DNA of 60,620 nt from an uncultured Gammaproteobacteria bacterium (lineage in GTDB: Bacteria > Patescibacteriota > Patescibacteriia > UBA9934): positions 1 through 60,620 of the forward strand of contig CAYFME010000005.1 of NCBI GenBank assembly GCA_964344145.1, given 5' to 3'. The position numbers were made by a program, and so were the translations under genes. Below are positions 26,322 through 35,607 of this stretch, piece by piece. Positions within the stretch are counted from its first letter, which is position 1; each line of letters opens with the position of its first letter. The notes below the pieces were generated by a model. It searched no databases. It had not been told where the DNA came from and was given only the letters and a program-made list of their open reading frames with translations.

Positions 26322-26339
26322 AGCCCTACAAGCAGCGAT

Positions 26340-26369
26340 CCCCGCTCCGACGAGTGGTGTCGGGCGGGG
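26340..26369 (-). terminator. GC-rich hairpin after high-GC ORF
   Basis: Minus strand reads CCCCGCCCGAC-ACCACTC-GTCGGAGCGGGG, starting 16 nt after the stop. Confidence 0.4.
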
Positions 26370-26384
26370 TCGTGTGTGCGGATC

Positions 26385-26783
26385 TCAGGGGAGGAAGTAC
26401 TGGTAGGTGATCTCGCCGGCGCCTTCGCGGCCAGGCGTGAAGCCCGTGGAGACATCGAAGGGTTCGAGGGTCGAGACCTGCTCGAGAAGACATGCCTCCA
26501 GTGCCGGTTCTTCCTTCGCCCCGAACGGCCAGAAGATGGCCACGCGCTCTTCCTGGAGGCGTCCGTCAGCGCCCACCTTGGCTTCGAGGGAGAAGCCGGT
26601 GTGGTACTGGTGGCGTCGGAGCTCGCACTTCTGAGTCCACGGGACGTGCTCGAGATCATGCTCGATTGCGGACGTGTCGTTGAGCCAGCGGCTGTCGAAC
26701 ACGTGGCGGCCCGGGAAGGGATCGCTCGTCGGCTCGGCAGATGCACTGCTCACCAGGGCAAGGAACAAGATGGGCAACCGCAT
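26385..26783 (-). CDS. High-GC small secreted hypothetical protein (132 aa)
   Basis: It has a GAGAGG RBS and the signal peptide MRLPILFLALVSSASA-EP. Codons are GC-ending. The other long ORFs in this island are shadow frames. Confidence 0.6.
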   Translation of the reverse strand: MRLPILFLALVSSASAEPTSDPFPGRHVFDSRWLNDTSAIEHDLEHVPWTQKCELRRHQYHTGFSLEAKVGADGRLQEERVAIFWPFGAKEEPALEACLLEQVSTLEPFDVSTGFTPGREGAGEITYQYFLP

Positions 26784-26810
26784 GTTTACCTCTCAGATTG
26801 CGGGCTGATC

Positions 26811-26839
26811 ATCCTAGCAGGGTTGTTTCGATCCGTCAA
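26811..26839 (-). promoter_or_regulatory. Sigma70-type promoter for 26385-26783
   Basis: Minus strand reads TTGACG (26839-26834), a 17-nt spacer ending CTGC, then TAGGAT (26816-26811). Confidence 0.5.
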
Positions 26840-26841
26840 CC

Positions 26842-28992
26842 CTACAGGCCTTCGTCGGACGTTCGGGTAAAGATAAACACCGTTATTTCATTTTCGCCAT
26901 CACCGATTCCGAACCAGGAGTCGGCTTGCTGTTTGCCAGCCTCGCGAATGCGGTCGGCATCCCACCAGTAGTCGTTGAGCACGAAGAATCCGAGGTCAAC
27001 GCCAGCAAGGTCCATTGCTTCCTCCATTGCCGCGCGCGTTGGCTCCTCGTCGGCCATCTCCAGATAGTGCGAGTAAAGTTCGCCGCCGGTTGGAATTGGA
27101 TAGTAAAAGATGTCGTCGTGGTAGTAGCGCTTGAATCCGTAGAGCTCTAGCGCTGCCGCTGATACCGCTTGGTTGGCTAGAACGATATATTCTTGATCAT
27201 CGCCCAGATCGTTGATCGCTGCTGCGGCATCAAAGTCGGTTGTACTGACGTTGAAGCCGGCAGAACGGGCATAGTTATCATGCCGTGGAAAGGCTCCGTA
27301 CACGCCGGCACTGACCATCATCGCAAGCAGAATCGTCCAGCCAAGTCGCAATGCTCGAGCGCGTTGCGACAGGATGTCAAATACACCATCGATCGCGTAG
27401 CCCATGTGCGGGACGAGAAAGAGGAGACTGATGGTTATGAGCCGCTGGGCGTAGTTTGTGCGTTCGTACTCGATCAGGAAGTCGAACTGTAGCGTGAGCG
27501 TAAGAATGAGATAGTTGATCATCCACAGCGCAACCATGAGAAGGGGAAGGTGGATCCGAGCGCCAGCGCGGCGCTTGATCAAGAGCCACGCTCCGACGAT
27601 GGCGAGCAAGAGGCTGATCCAAAGTTGGTTGTCGATAAAGAGGTAGAGTCCGTCAAAGACGCTCGAGAACTGATTATGCCAGAAACCAGTGAGCGCAAGT
27701 TGATCCCAGGCGAGATCAGAAAGGGAGAATGAGATCGCGAGTCCCGAGAGGGACGCTTGCACGAGAAAAACCGCTGGGATAACGACGGCGCTGGCAAGGG
27801 CGATGATGATAAACGCGACACGTTTGATCCGGCGAAGAGATCCTTCGACTCGCCCTTCGGGCTCGCTCAGGATGACAGTAAGGAGTGCGTAAAGACATGC
27901 AGGGATGCCGGCAAGCGGGTGGGTGATAAGAGCGGCGAGTGCTAAGAGCCCGAGCAGGACTCGAGGAGGCTGTTTATCGGACCGTGCGAGGATCGGCAGA
28001 GAAAGAAAGATAAGGGCTCCTGTGAAAACGTAGGAAAGCGCTTGCGGTGTGGTTGAGATGAAAGCACCAAGCGGAAGGAGAAGAAGGGCCAACGATCCCC
28101 ATCCGCGACCGTGTGTCACTTGCCCAAATCCGAAGACGGCACAAGCGCTAAGCAGAAAGGCCGCAAGGACGGGGACGAGCAGAGTGTCGATAAGATAAAT
28201 AGGAAGTCCAAAGACCGTTGCGGCAATGAGCTCGAGAGCGTACTGGCCGATGTAGTAGAGCGGCTTTGGAGTAATAGTCCCAAACTCGGCAATGTGTGCA
28301 ATGGTTGTTCGATGAATGAACGGATCAAAGCCATAGCCGAGTGAATAGGTGAGTGCCGGCACGACGAACACGCTCAAGAGGATGATGCCAAGAAGGCTCA
28401 TGCGCAGCCGTGTGGATAGGAGCGGGGCGATTGCTATGCTTAGCAGTACAGCCAGTCCAAGACTGATGATCGCGCTCGGATCAACGACCAACCAGAGGGA
28501 GCGGACAGATTGCGTGATGTCAATGGGCGCAATGGCATTCCACCATGCGGCAATACAAATGGCGATTGCGGTTATGGCGGTCCAATTTCGATTCACTAAG
28601 TGAGTAGATGCAAGTGTGCTCGATCGCACTGATATTTGTTGTTTGTTGCATCTATTCACTAAGTGAGTAGATGCAAGAGCTCCGATGATTAGGGTGGCTA
28701 TACAGAGGAGGAAGAGCATCCACGGATAGACAGGGCCTGCGTAGTAAATCGCGCTTCCGCCAATAGCCAGGAGTGCCACGGCGGCACTCAGCCCAACACC
28801 GATTTGCACCACCAGATCTTCATCTCGCACTAACCGCGACCCAAACAGGGCACCGGTACAAACAAAAAAGACGATCAAACACACGCCGCCTACGACCGGA
28901 TCTTGCAGACTCATCTGGTTTAGACCGCCAATCAGCAGCGCGAGCCCACCTCCGGAGAACCATTTGCCTTTTTTCGCCAATAAGAGCACCAT
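26842..28992 (-). CDS. Large polytopic membrane protein with C-terminal soluble domain (function unknown)
   Basis: It has more than 12 predicted TM segments. The start is uncertain (29049, 28992 or 28914). It contains an in-frame 63-nt duplication. Confidence 0.65.
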   Translation of the reverse strand: MVLLLAKKGKWFSGGGLALLIGGLNQMSLQDPVVGGVCLIVFFVCTGALFGSRLVRDEDLVVQIGVGLSAAVALLAIGGSAIYYAGPVYPWMLFLLCIATLIIGALASTHLVNRCNKQQISVRSSTLASTHLVNRNWTAITAIAICIAAWWNAIAPIDITQSVRSLWLVVDPSAIISLGLAVLLSIAIAPLLSTRLRMSLLGIILLSVFVVPALTYSLGYGFDPFIHRTTIAHIAEFGTITPKPLYYIGQYALELIAATVFGLPIYLIDTLLVPVLAAFLLSACAVFGFGQVTHGRGWGSLALLLLPLGAFISTTPQALSYVFTGALIFLSLPILARSDKQPPRVLLGLLALAALITHPLAGIPACLYALLTVILSEPEGRVEGSLRRIKRVAFIIIALASAVVIPAVFLVQASLSGLAISFSLSDLAWDQLALTGFWHNQFSSVFDGLYLFIDNQLWISLLLAIVGAWLLIKRRAGARIHLPLLMVALWMINYLILTLTLQFDFLIEYERTNYAQRLITISLLFLVPHMGYAIDGVFDILSQRARALRLGWTILLAMMVSAGVYGAFPRHDNYARSAGFNVSTTDFDAAAAINDLGDDQEYIVLANQAVSAAALELYGFKRYYHDDIFYYPIPTGGELYSHYLEMADEEPTRAAMEEAMDLAGVDLGFFVLNDYWWDADRIREAGKQQADSWFGIGDGENEITVFIFTRTSDEGL
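28591..28677. repeat. Direct repeat: 24-nt unit ATTCACTAAGTGAGTAGATGCAAG at 28591-28614 and 28654-28677 (63-nt period)
   Basis: The two copies are exact and in frame, giving LASTHLVNR twice in the protein. Confidence 0.85.
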
Positions 28993-29008
28993 AAGTCTTA
29001 GATATTCT

Positions 29009-29584
29009 ATGCACAAACGTGATCCGGAGCAACTTTTTCCGCACGACAAACTGATTCGACCCTTTCTTGCTTTGATTCCGCGCTCGGTACATCCGAATCA
29101 CGTGACGATTTTGCGCATGATCCTCACGCCAATCGTGCTCTATGCGCTGTACATGCAGAATTACCGCGTTGGTGTTCCTTTGTTTATCTTCACGGCAGCA
29201 ACCGATGCGATTGACGGCTCACTCGCGCGCGTACGCAAGCAAATCACCGCGTGGGGCACGTTCTACGATCCGGTGGCAGATAAGATCCTGATTGGGTCGG
29301 TCATTGTGTTGATTCTGATTCAGCACGTGAATCCACTGATTGCGTTTGGTGTTATTGCCGTGGAGATCTTGATGCTTGCCGGTGGTTGGTACAAACGACA
29401 GCGTGGCGTTGATGTGACGGCAAACATTTGGGGCAAGATCAAGATGATCCTTGAGTTTTCAGGGGTGCTATTTTTGTTGATCGCCCTGTGGCTGGGCGTT
29501 GATTTGTTTATTGATTTGTCAGAAGGAACATTGATCTTAGCGATTGTCTTTGCTGTCGTAGCATTGTTGACCTACAGCCTATGA
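29009..29584 (+). CDS. CDP-alcohol phosphatidyltransferase family protein
   Basis: The motif DAIDGSLARVRKQITAWGTFYDPVADK fits D-x2-DG-x2-AR...G-x3-D-x3-D. The likely start is ATG 29009. Confidence 0.8.
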   Translation: MHKRDPEQLFPHDKLIRPFLALIPRSVHPNHVTILRMILTPIVLYALYMQNYRVGVPLFIFTAATDAIDGSLARVRKQITAWGTFYDPVADKILIGSVIVLILIQHVNPLIAFGVIAVEILMLAGGWYKRQRGVDVTANIWGKIKMILEFSGVLFLLIALWLGVDLFIDLSEGTLILAIVFAVVALLTYSL

Positions 29585-31224
29585 TCGTTGTGTGGCGATC
29601 TCTTCTACGCTTTTTGGTCCCCGTCATTTTTTTTGTTTCAACACTCGGACTTGCACTGGATGTGCCGTCGGATGTGTTTGTTTCACCGGATGAGAATGCG
29701 AGCAGCGTGTTCGCGACGTTGTTCGCCACCGAACAACAGCTGTGGTTAGAAGAACCGATCAATGAACAGCTGGGAGGCATTGTGCATCCGCGATCGGTGA
29801 TCGCGATCGGGGAACGGTTGATTCCCGTCAGTTTTCTTGGGCTGACCGTGCTGTATGGATCCATTGGCTCGCTTTTTGGTCCATGGATTCTTGGATTGCT
29901 CACACCGATTATCGCGATGTTCGCTGTGCTGGCCTGGCGGGCGCTTGTACGAGAACTGTGGAAGGACGATACGCTGGCGAACTTGTCAGCGATTGCCCTG
30001 ATGATTCACCCGGCGTTTTGGTACTACGCCGCGCGTGGCATGATGCACAATGTCTTGTTTGTCGCTCTGTTGATCTTCGCCGCTTGGTTTTGGATTGTAA
30101 AACCGTTGCATCAGTGCGATCGTCATGCGTTGTTTGATGTTTTTGCCAGCGGTGCGTGTATCGGACTCGCTCTTGCGACGCGCGGATCAGAGATCGTCTG
30201 GATCGCTATTGCGGTCGCGGCACTCATGTACGTCGCACGAAAGACGATCACGACAGTGAAGATAGCAACGTTTGTTATTGGTATCGCCATAGCATTGTTG
30301 CCGTTCGCTACATTGCAGACTTCGCTTTACGGCGCACCATGGAATACTGGATACACGGTGGAGAGCGAGGAGTCCGCGGAGTCTGTTGAAGAAGTCTCGA
30401 CGGATCTGTCAGCGTTTGATCAATGGCTCGAGAACTCGACGATCGGGTCAGTCTTACTGCCGTTTGGCATTCACGAGATGAACATCGTCCGCAACACGCT
30501 CAACTACGGTTTGTGGCTGTATCCATGGGTGACCGTTCTTGGCCTCATCGGGATCTTGCTCCTTGCTCGCGACCGCAAGTATCGAACGTGGCTCTGGCTC
30601 ACAATCAGCGTCGGTATTTGGCTGTTGATCGTCTACGGTTCGTGGTCCTTCAACGACAATCCTGACCCTACGGCCGTGACCATCGGCGATTCGCATGTGC
30701 GTTACTGGCTGCCATTATTTGTGCTTATGACGCCGTTTATTGCTCACACGATAATAGATTTCTCCTCCCGTTGGTCGTCGAAATGGAGATTTCCATCTCG
30801 AGCCGTAGGCGAGAGATCTATTGCGACCCTTATCGTTATCGTGTGTACCCTGTTGTCCATCAACGTCGTCTTCTTTGCGCCCGACGGCGTGCTTGCTGCG
30901 CGTGCAAACTTGTATGAGGCCGCAGAGAAGCGCGATACGATTCTTGAGCATACGGATGCAGATGACATCATCATCGTTGACTACGCTGACAAGTATCTGT
31001 TCCCAGACCGCCGCGTCATTGTTCCGCTGCGTGATGATCGAACGTACGGCGCAATGAATGACATTGTCGAGCTGACAGACTTGTATTACTTCGGGATCAC
31101 GCTGCCGCAGGAAGACATCGACTACCTGAATAACGAAAAGCTGGCTGAGATGGAGTTGGGTATCGAATCTGTTGTGGAGATCGGAGAGGAAACATTGTAT
31201 TTTATTGAAGAAGTCGATTTATGA
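29581..31224 (+). CDS. Polytopic membrane protein, GT-C (ArnT/PMT)-like glycosyltransferase candidate
   Basis: 547 aa and multi-TM, with a DE motif in the first external loop (VSPDENAS). An ATGA-type overlap links it to the upstream gene. Confidence 0.55.
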   Translation: MIVVWRSLLRFLVPVIFFVSTLGLALDVPSDVFVSPDENASSVFATLFATEQQLWLEEPINEQLGGIVHPRSVIAIGERLIPVSFLGLTVLYGSIGSLFGPWILGLLTPIIAMFAVLAWRALVRELWKDDTLANLSAIALMIHPAFWYYAARGMMHNVLFVALLIFAAWFWIVKPLHQCDRHALFDVFASGACIGLALATRGSEIVWIAIAVAALMYVARKTITTVKIATFVIGIAIALLPFATLQTSLYGAPWNTGYTVESEESAESVEEVSTDLSAFDQWLENSTIGSVLLPFGIHEMNIVRNTLNYGLWLYPWVTVLGLIGILLLARDRKYRTWLWLTISVGIWLLIVYGSWSFNDNPDPTAVTIGDSHVRYWLPLFVLMTPFIAHTIIDFSSRWSSKWRFPSRAVGERSIATLIVIVCTLLSINVVFFAPDGVLAARANLYEAAEKRDTILEHTDADDIIIVDYADKYLFPDRRVIVPLRDDRTYGAMNDIVELTDLYYFGITLPQEDIDYLNNEKLAEMELGIESVVEIGEETLYFIEEVDL

Positions 31225-31808
31225 AAATGATTGAATTTTTTGGGATGCCAAGGTCTGGGAAGACGACGCAGATCGATATGTTGCGCACTTTTTTGCAGGA
31301 GGCGGGCTATACTGTGTGTGTCGTATCCGATAGAGATCGGGCGGACTCTATTGGCACTCCTCCGAGTGAGATCGTAGGGTACAAGCTTGTCTTCTTCTCA
31401 CAGGTTATTGAAGCGTTTTTCGCTAATCAACCCAGTTGCGATTTCCTCATCGTCGATAGGGGCTTCCATGATTCTATTGCGTGGTTCGAGGCGGAGAGGC
31501 TTCTTCGTCACATTTCTTCAGAGCGAGCAGATCAGTTGTCAGACACATTTTCCGAATACCAACAGTACGTAGATCAAGGATTTTGTCTCATGGTTGACTT
31601 AGATACTGCTTTTCAACGACACGACAGTAAAGAGCAGATGGCGGTGGACGATCACGCGATGACAAAGAATTATCTTCAAGCGTTAGAGCGGTCGTACCAG
31701 ACGAAGAAGGGTAATTTTGGCAACACGGTATTTATTGATGGACTGCAGTCGGTTGAATCTGTTCATAAGAAGATAGTGCAACACCTTCAACACAACTTAC
31801 AGATTTGA
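31221..31808 (+). CDS. P-loop kinase (thymidylate/deoxynucleoside kinase-like)
   Basis: Walker A is GMPRSGKTT and LIVDRGFHDS is Walker B-like. Confidence 0.6.
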   Translation: MKMIEFFGMPRSGKTTQIDMLRTFLQEAGYTVCVVSDRDRADSIGTPPSEIVGYKLVFFSQVIEAFFANQPSCDFLIVDRGFHDSIAWFEAERLLRHISSERADQLSDTFSEYQQYVDQGFCLMVDLDTAFQRHDSKEQMAVDDHAMTKNYLQALERSYQTKKGNFGNTVFIDGLQSVESVHKKIVQHLQHNLQI

Positions 31809-31810
31809 GA

Positions 31811-33271
31811 ATGCTTCGACGCCTCTTACAACTCATCATCATCACCATTCCAGTCGGACTGTTTGTCTGGCTCCTTGCGATTGACATTGCGCCGTCTGGA
31901 GAGCGTACGGTTGTTTGGGGTGTGGACGAACCGTCACCGTTTATCGATCGACCGCTACCCGATGACCGGATCTTGGACCAGCAAACAAACGGGCGAGGAG
32001 AGCAGTACGTTTCGATCGTTGAAGAGCCGGTGTACTTTGGGATGCACCTACCGCACACGGTGTTTGATCAAATGGAGGTGACGTTAACGTTTCAAAATGA
32101 TGACCAGCCGATTGTGGAGCTCGGGTCGCTGATTGATATCCAGTCGCAGGCTTACGAGTTGCAACCACTGCACAATCGAATCATCGATGAGCTTGATTGG
32201 GAGGTTATTGAGCAGGACGGGATATCGTTGTATCAGCGGGAACTAACGTATGGGACACTCGACAGTTTCTACGACGATCCTCCAGAGCGATCGAGCGTTG
32301 CGGTCTATCATGCCGACGTTGAAACACCGTACCGATTGTCGAGCTATCAACCGCTCGGTTCCTCGCAGACGTTTGACGTCTCGCTACGCGGGTATCACAA
32401 GTTTGTGACGTACATCAAAAACGAAACCTTTGACCTTGCCGTTGCTTGGATGGATATGAATCGTACGACCGGAGCAGACGAGGGGGTGATTCGCGTGCGT
32501 GATGAGAACGATGAGGTCGTATACGAACATTTTTTCGAAGACGATGATAACGTGACAGAGAACCAAATCAGTGACGATGGGTATGCACGTATCGAGCTCA
32601 AGGATTTGTCAGAGGGCGTGTACAGCGTTGAGCTTTCGGGAACAAGTGATATTTTCTGGCGCGCCATCACAACCACGCAGCGCTACGTGACGTTTGTGAA
32701 TAAGCTGTACATTGGTGATGATGTTGGGCATTTGCCAGAACCGCGTGCGACGACGTTTTACACAAATGCAAAGCATCTCACGGTTCAAACCCTGCACGCC
32801 GATGCTACGCAACGATTGACCATCGGCTCGGAGGATATCTCGGTTGATGCCACGCACGAGAAGTTGTTCCACACGGTCGACGACGCGGGCGTTGTGCTTG
32901 GGCATAGTCCTGTCGGCGACATTGAGATCATCGGCGACGGCAAGTTTGCGTTTTCGCGAGGATCGTTCTTTGATCCTGATCCTGTGAGCATGAATGCGTA
33001 TACGGACGTTGATGTTCAGAGGATCGATTACATCCTGACGACGTACGTCTCACCAGAGCAGAGAGGGGACTGGCTCATCGCAAGTGGAACATTTGATCTA
33101 GATGCGCTGTACGGACAGGAAGAAGTGAAGATGACTGTATCGGTTCCAGGCATCGAAGCGTTCCAGGGTATCGTCGACGTCAAAGCGATCGACGTGACGT
33201 TTGTAAAAGATCCGCTCGACTGGAAAGGATTCTTGTCAGCCGCTCGAGATAGATTGCCGTTTGGACTATGA
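31811..33271 (+). CDS. Membrane-anchored hypothetical protein
   Basis: ATG 31811, with the N-terminal TM LLQLIIITIPVGLFVWLLAI. I recognise no family. Confidence 0.6.
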   Translation: MLRRLLQLIIITIPVGLFVWLLAIDIAPSGERTVVWGVDEPSPFIDRPLPDDRILDQQTNGRGEQYVSIVEEPVYFGMHLPHTVFDQMEVTLTFQNDDQPIVELGSLIDIQSQAYELQPLHNRIIDELDWEVIEQDGISLYQRELTYGTLDSFYDDPPERSSVAVYHADVETPYRLSSYQPLGSSQTFDVSLRGYHKFVTYIKNETFDLAVAWMDMNRTTGADEGVIRVRDENDEVVYEHFFEDDDNVTENQISDDGYARIELKDLSEGVYSVELSGTSDIFWRAITTTQRYVTFVNKLYIGDDVGHLPEPRATTFYTNAKHLTVQTLHADATQRLTIGSEDISVDATHEKLFHTVDDAGVVLGHSPVGDIEIIGDGKFAFSRGSFFDPDPVSMNAYTDVDVQRIDYILTTYVSPEQRGDWLIASGTFDLDALYGQEEVKMTVSVPGIEAFQGIVDVKAIDVTFVKDPLDWKGFLSAARDRLPFGL

Positions 33272-33618
33272 ATCATGTTTTAAAAGCAGCGTTTCATACC
33301 TCGATGATGTCGTACGCGGTTTTTCTGCTCGCCGACTACGTACGGCCTGGCTTTGTGAGCGCAACGTTCTCGGTACATTGGTTTTTGTTGGTTGCGATTA
33401 TTGCGGGCGTGCTTTGGTCGATGGCGCATGATCGGGAACCTCTCGAAAGGTTTATTGGACGCCTGTGGCGTTGGCTGTGGCAGTTTGTCTTTGGGTTGCT
33501 GTTGGCGGTGGTCATTTGGGAGAATACATCAAACGTGGGCGACTTGCGGATTTTTGTCACCTTGGTAGGCTTTTTTGTACCTTGGCTAATCATTCATCTT
33601 TTGACCTATGAGCGCTGA
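33268..33618 (+). CDS. Small hypothetical membrane protein
   Basis: 116 aa with 3-4 TM segments and an ATGA overlap with the upstream gene. Confidence 0.55.
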   Translation: MNHVLKAAFHTSMMSYAVFLLADYVRPGFVSATFSVHWFLLVAIIAGVLWSMAHDREPLERFIGRLWRWLWQFVFGLLLAVVIWENTSNVGDLRIFVTLVGFFVPWLIIHLLTYER

Positions 33619-34030
33619 TTGTCTTTTTTGCAAGATTATCACCGGCGACGTTCCGTCGCATAAGATCTACGAGAATGATCATGTGTATGCGTTTTTGGAT
33701 ATTGGACCGGTGAGCAAGGGACATACGTTGTTTATTCCAAAGGAGCACGCGGTTGATTTGGGCGATGGTTCCAAAGAGGCGGCTGTGCATCTGATTGAAG
33801 CTGTGCATGACGTTGCGCCAGAGATTATGGAGGCGCTCGGGGCGTCGAGCTACAATCTTGGTATGAATCACGGTGCTGATGCCGGTCAGCTGGTCTTCCA
33901 TACGCATTTGCACTTCATGCCACGCTACGCTGGTGTTCCTCGTACGTTTGACAAGAAGACTCCGTCGCAAGAGGAGCTGGCGGAGGTAGCTGAGCTCATC
34001 CGCACAAAGACCATGCCGGTTGACGCCTAG
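33608..34030 (+). CDS. HIT-family (histidine triad) nucleotide hydrolase
   Basis: Supporting motifs are CLFCKIITGDVPSHKIYEND and the histidine triad HTHLHFMPR. Confidence 0.85.
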   Translation: MSADCLFCKIITGDVPSHKIYENDHVYAFLDIGPVSKGHTLFIPKEHAVDLGDGSKEAAVHLIEAVHDVAPEIMEALGASSYNLGMNHGADAGQLVFHTHLHFMPRYAGVPRTFDKKTPSQEELAEVAELIRTKTMPVDA

Positions 34031-34056
34031 CATTGAAATGGTAAAGTTGCCCCTGT

Positions 34057-35067
34057 ATGAAAGTTCTTGTCACAGGCGGATGCGGCTTTATTGGCTCTCA
34101 TTTTATCCGCGTCGTCTTCAATCAGCGGCCAGATTGGGAGGTCATCAACCTCGATGCCCTCACGTACGCTGGAAATTTGGCTAATACTATTGATATTCAA
34201 ACCCATCCACGGTATCGCTTTGTCTACGGCTCCATTGCAGACAAGAAGCTCGTGGATACGTTGGTTCAAGAGGCAGATACGGTCGTAAACTTCGCGGCCG
34301 AGACCCACGTTGACCGATCGCTCATGGACAATGAGCCGTTTATCATGACGAACGTTTTGGGCGTACAGCGGTTGATTGATGCGTGTGTGAAGCACGGCAA
34401 GCGATTCCACCATGTGAGTACCGACGAGGTATTCGGCAGCCTTGGACCGGACGATGAGCGATTCCACGAAGAAACGCCGTACGATCCAAAGAATCCGTAC
34501 AGTGCGACAAAGGCGGCGTCGGATCATCTCGTGCGTGCGGCGATTCACTCGCATGCGCTGCGCGGAACCATTTCCAACTGCACAAATAACTACGGGCCAT
34601 TTTTGTATCCCGAAAAGTTCCTCGCCATCGCCATTACGAATATTTTAGAAGGGAAGCCGGTGAGCGTGCAGGGTGATGGTCGGCAGATTCGCGATTGGAT
34701 TCATGCGGAGGATCATGGCACGGGCATTCTCGCCATCCTCGAGAAAGGTCAGATTGGTCACACGTACATGATGGGCGGCGACTGTGAAATGAATATTGCC
34801 GACACCGCTCGGCTCGTCTTGAAGGTTATGGGGGCAAAAGATGATATGCTGCAGTTTGTCAAAGATCGTCCCGGACAAGATCGACGATACGCGATTCATT
34901 TCGGGAAGATTGAGGAAGAGCTCGGATGGAAGCCATCGCGGACCTTTGAAGAAGGATTAACAGAAATGGTGCACTGGTACCGTGAGAATGAGTACTGGTG
35001 GAAGCCTATTAAACAAAGTTCTGGCTATCGTAAGTGGTACGAAGCACAGATTGGAGGATTAGTATGA
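34057..35067 (+). CDS. rfbB: dTDP-glucose 4,6-dehydratase
   Basis: Supporting motifs are MKVLVTGGCGFIGSHF, the YSATKAASDHLVRA catalytic YxxxK, and the WWKPI tail. Confidence 0.9.
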   Translation: MKVLVTGGCGFIGSHFIRVVFNQRPDWEVINLDALTYAGNLANTIDIQTHPRYRFVYGSIADKKLVDTLVQEADTVVNFAAETHVDRSLMDNEPFIMTNVLGVQRLIDACVKHGKRFHHVSTDEVFGSLGPDDERFHEETPYDPKNPYSATKAASDHLVRAAIHSHALRGTISNCTNNYGPFLYPEKFLAIAITNILEGKPVSVQGDGRQIRDWIHAEDHGTGILAILEKGQIGHTYMMGGDCEMNIADTARLVLKVMGAKDDMLQFVKDRPGQDRRYAIHFGKIEEELGWKPSRTFEEGLTEMVHWYRENEYWWKPIKQSSGYRKWYEAQIGGLV

Positions 35068-35606
35068 AGAAAGTCGAGACGCCCATTGAAGGCCTGTACG
35101 TGATCGAGCCGGAAGTATACGGCGATGAACGTGGGTATCTTTTTGAGGCGTTTAATGCGGATAAGTTTGAAGGGCTTGGGTTGCATACGAATTTTCGTCA
35201 AGCAAATCAGTCGTTTTCTACAAAAGGGATTCTTCGAGGCATTCATTTTCAGCGTCATCCAAAGCCCATGGCGAAGTTGGTCCGTTGCCCGCACGGCCGT
35301 TTGTGGGATGTTGCCGTTGATCTACGACCAGACTCACCAACGTACCGTCAGTGGTTTGGGCTCGAGTTGTCTCACGACAACAAAAAAATGTTGCTTATTC
35401 CGGAAGGATTCGGTCACGGTTTTTATGCGATCACGGATTGCATGCTGAGCTATCTGATTTCAGAGACATTTGATCCAGAACTCGATGCCGGCATTGCTTG
35501 GGACGATCCGTCCATCGACATTCAGTGGCCGCTGACGGCAAGCCCATCGTTGTCGCAGAAAGATCAGACATTACCATTGCTAAGGGAGATTGAGTTGACG
35601 TGGTGA
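35064..35606 (+). CDS. rfbC: dTDP-4-dehydrorhamnose 3,5-epimerase
   Basis: An ATGA overlap links it to rfbB. Supporting motifs are GLYVIEPEVYGDERGYLFE, LRGIHFQ and GFGHGF. Confidence 0.9.
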   Translation: MKKVETPIEGLYVIEPEVYGDERGYLFEAFNADKFEGLGLHTNFRQANQSFSTKGILRGIHFQRHPKPMAKLVRCPHGRLWDVAVDLRPDSPTYRQWFGLELSHDNKKMLLIPEGFGHGFYAITDCMLSYLISETFDPELDAGIAWDDPSIDIQWPLTASPSLSQKDQTLPLLREIELTW

Positions 35607-35607
35607 T

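Noticed and set aside
35064-35067. An alternative genetic code with UGA recoding, as in some CPR lineages.
   Set aside because: TGA terminates conserved proteins at their expected lengths and forms ATGA start/stop overlaps (rfbB/rfbC, ftsW/murG, murE-like/PH-domain gene). No conserved gene needs read-through.
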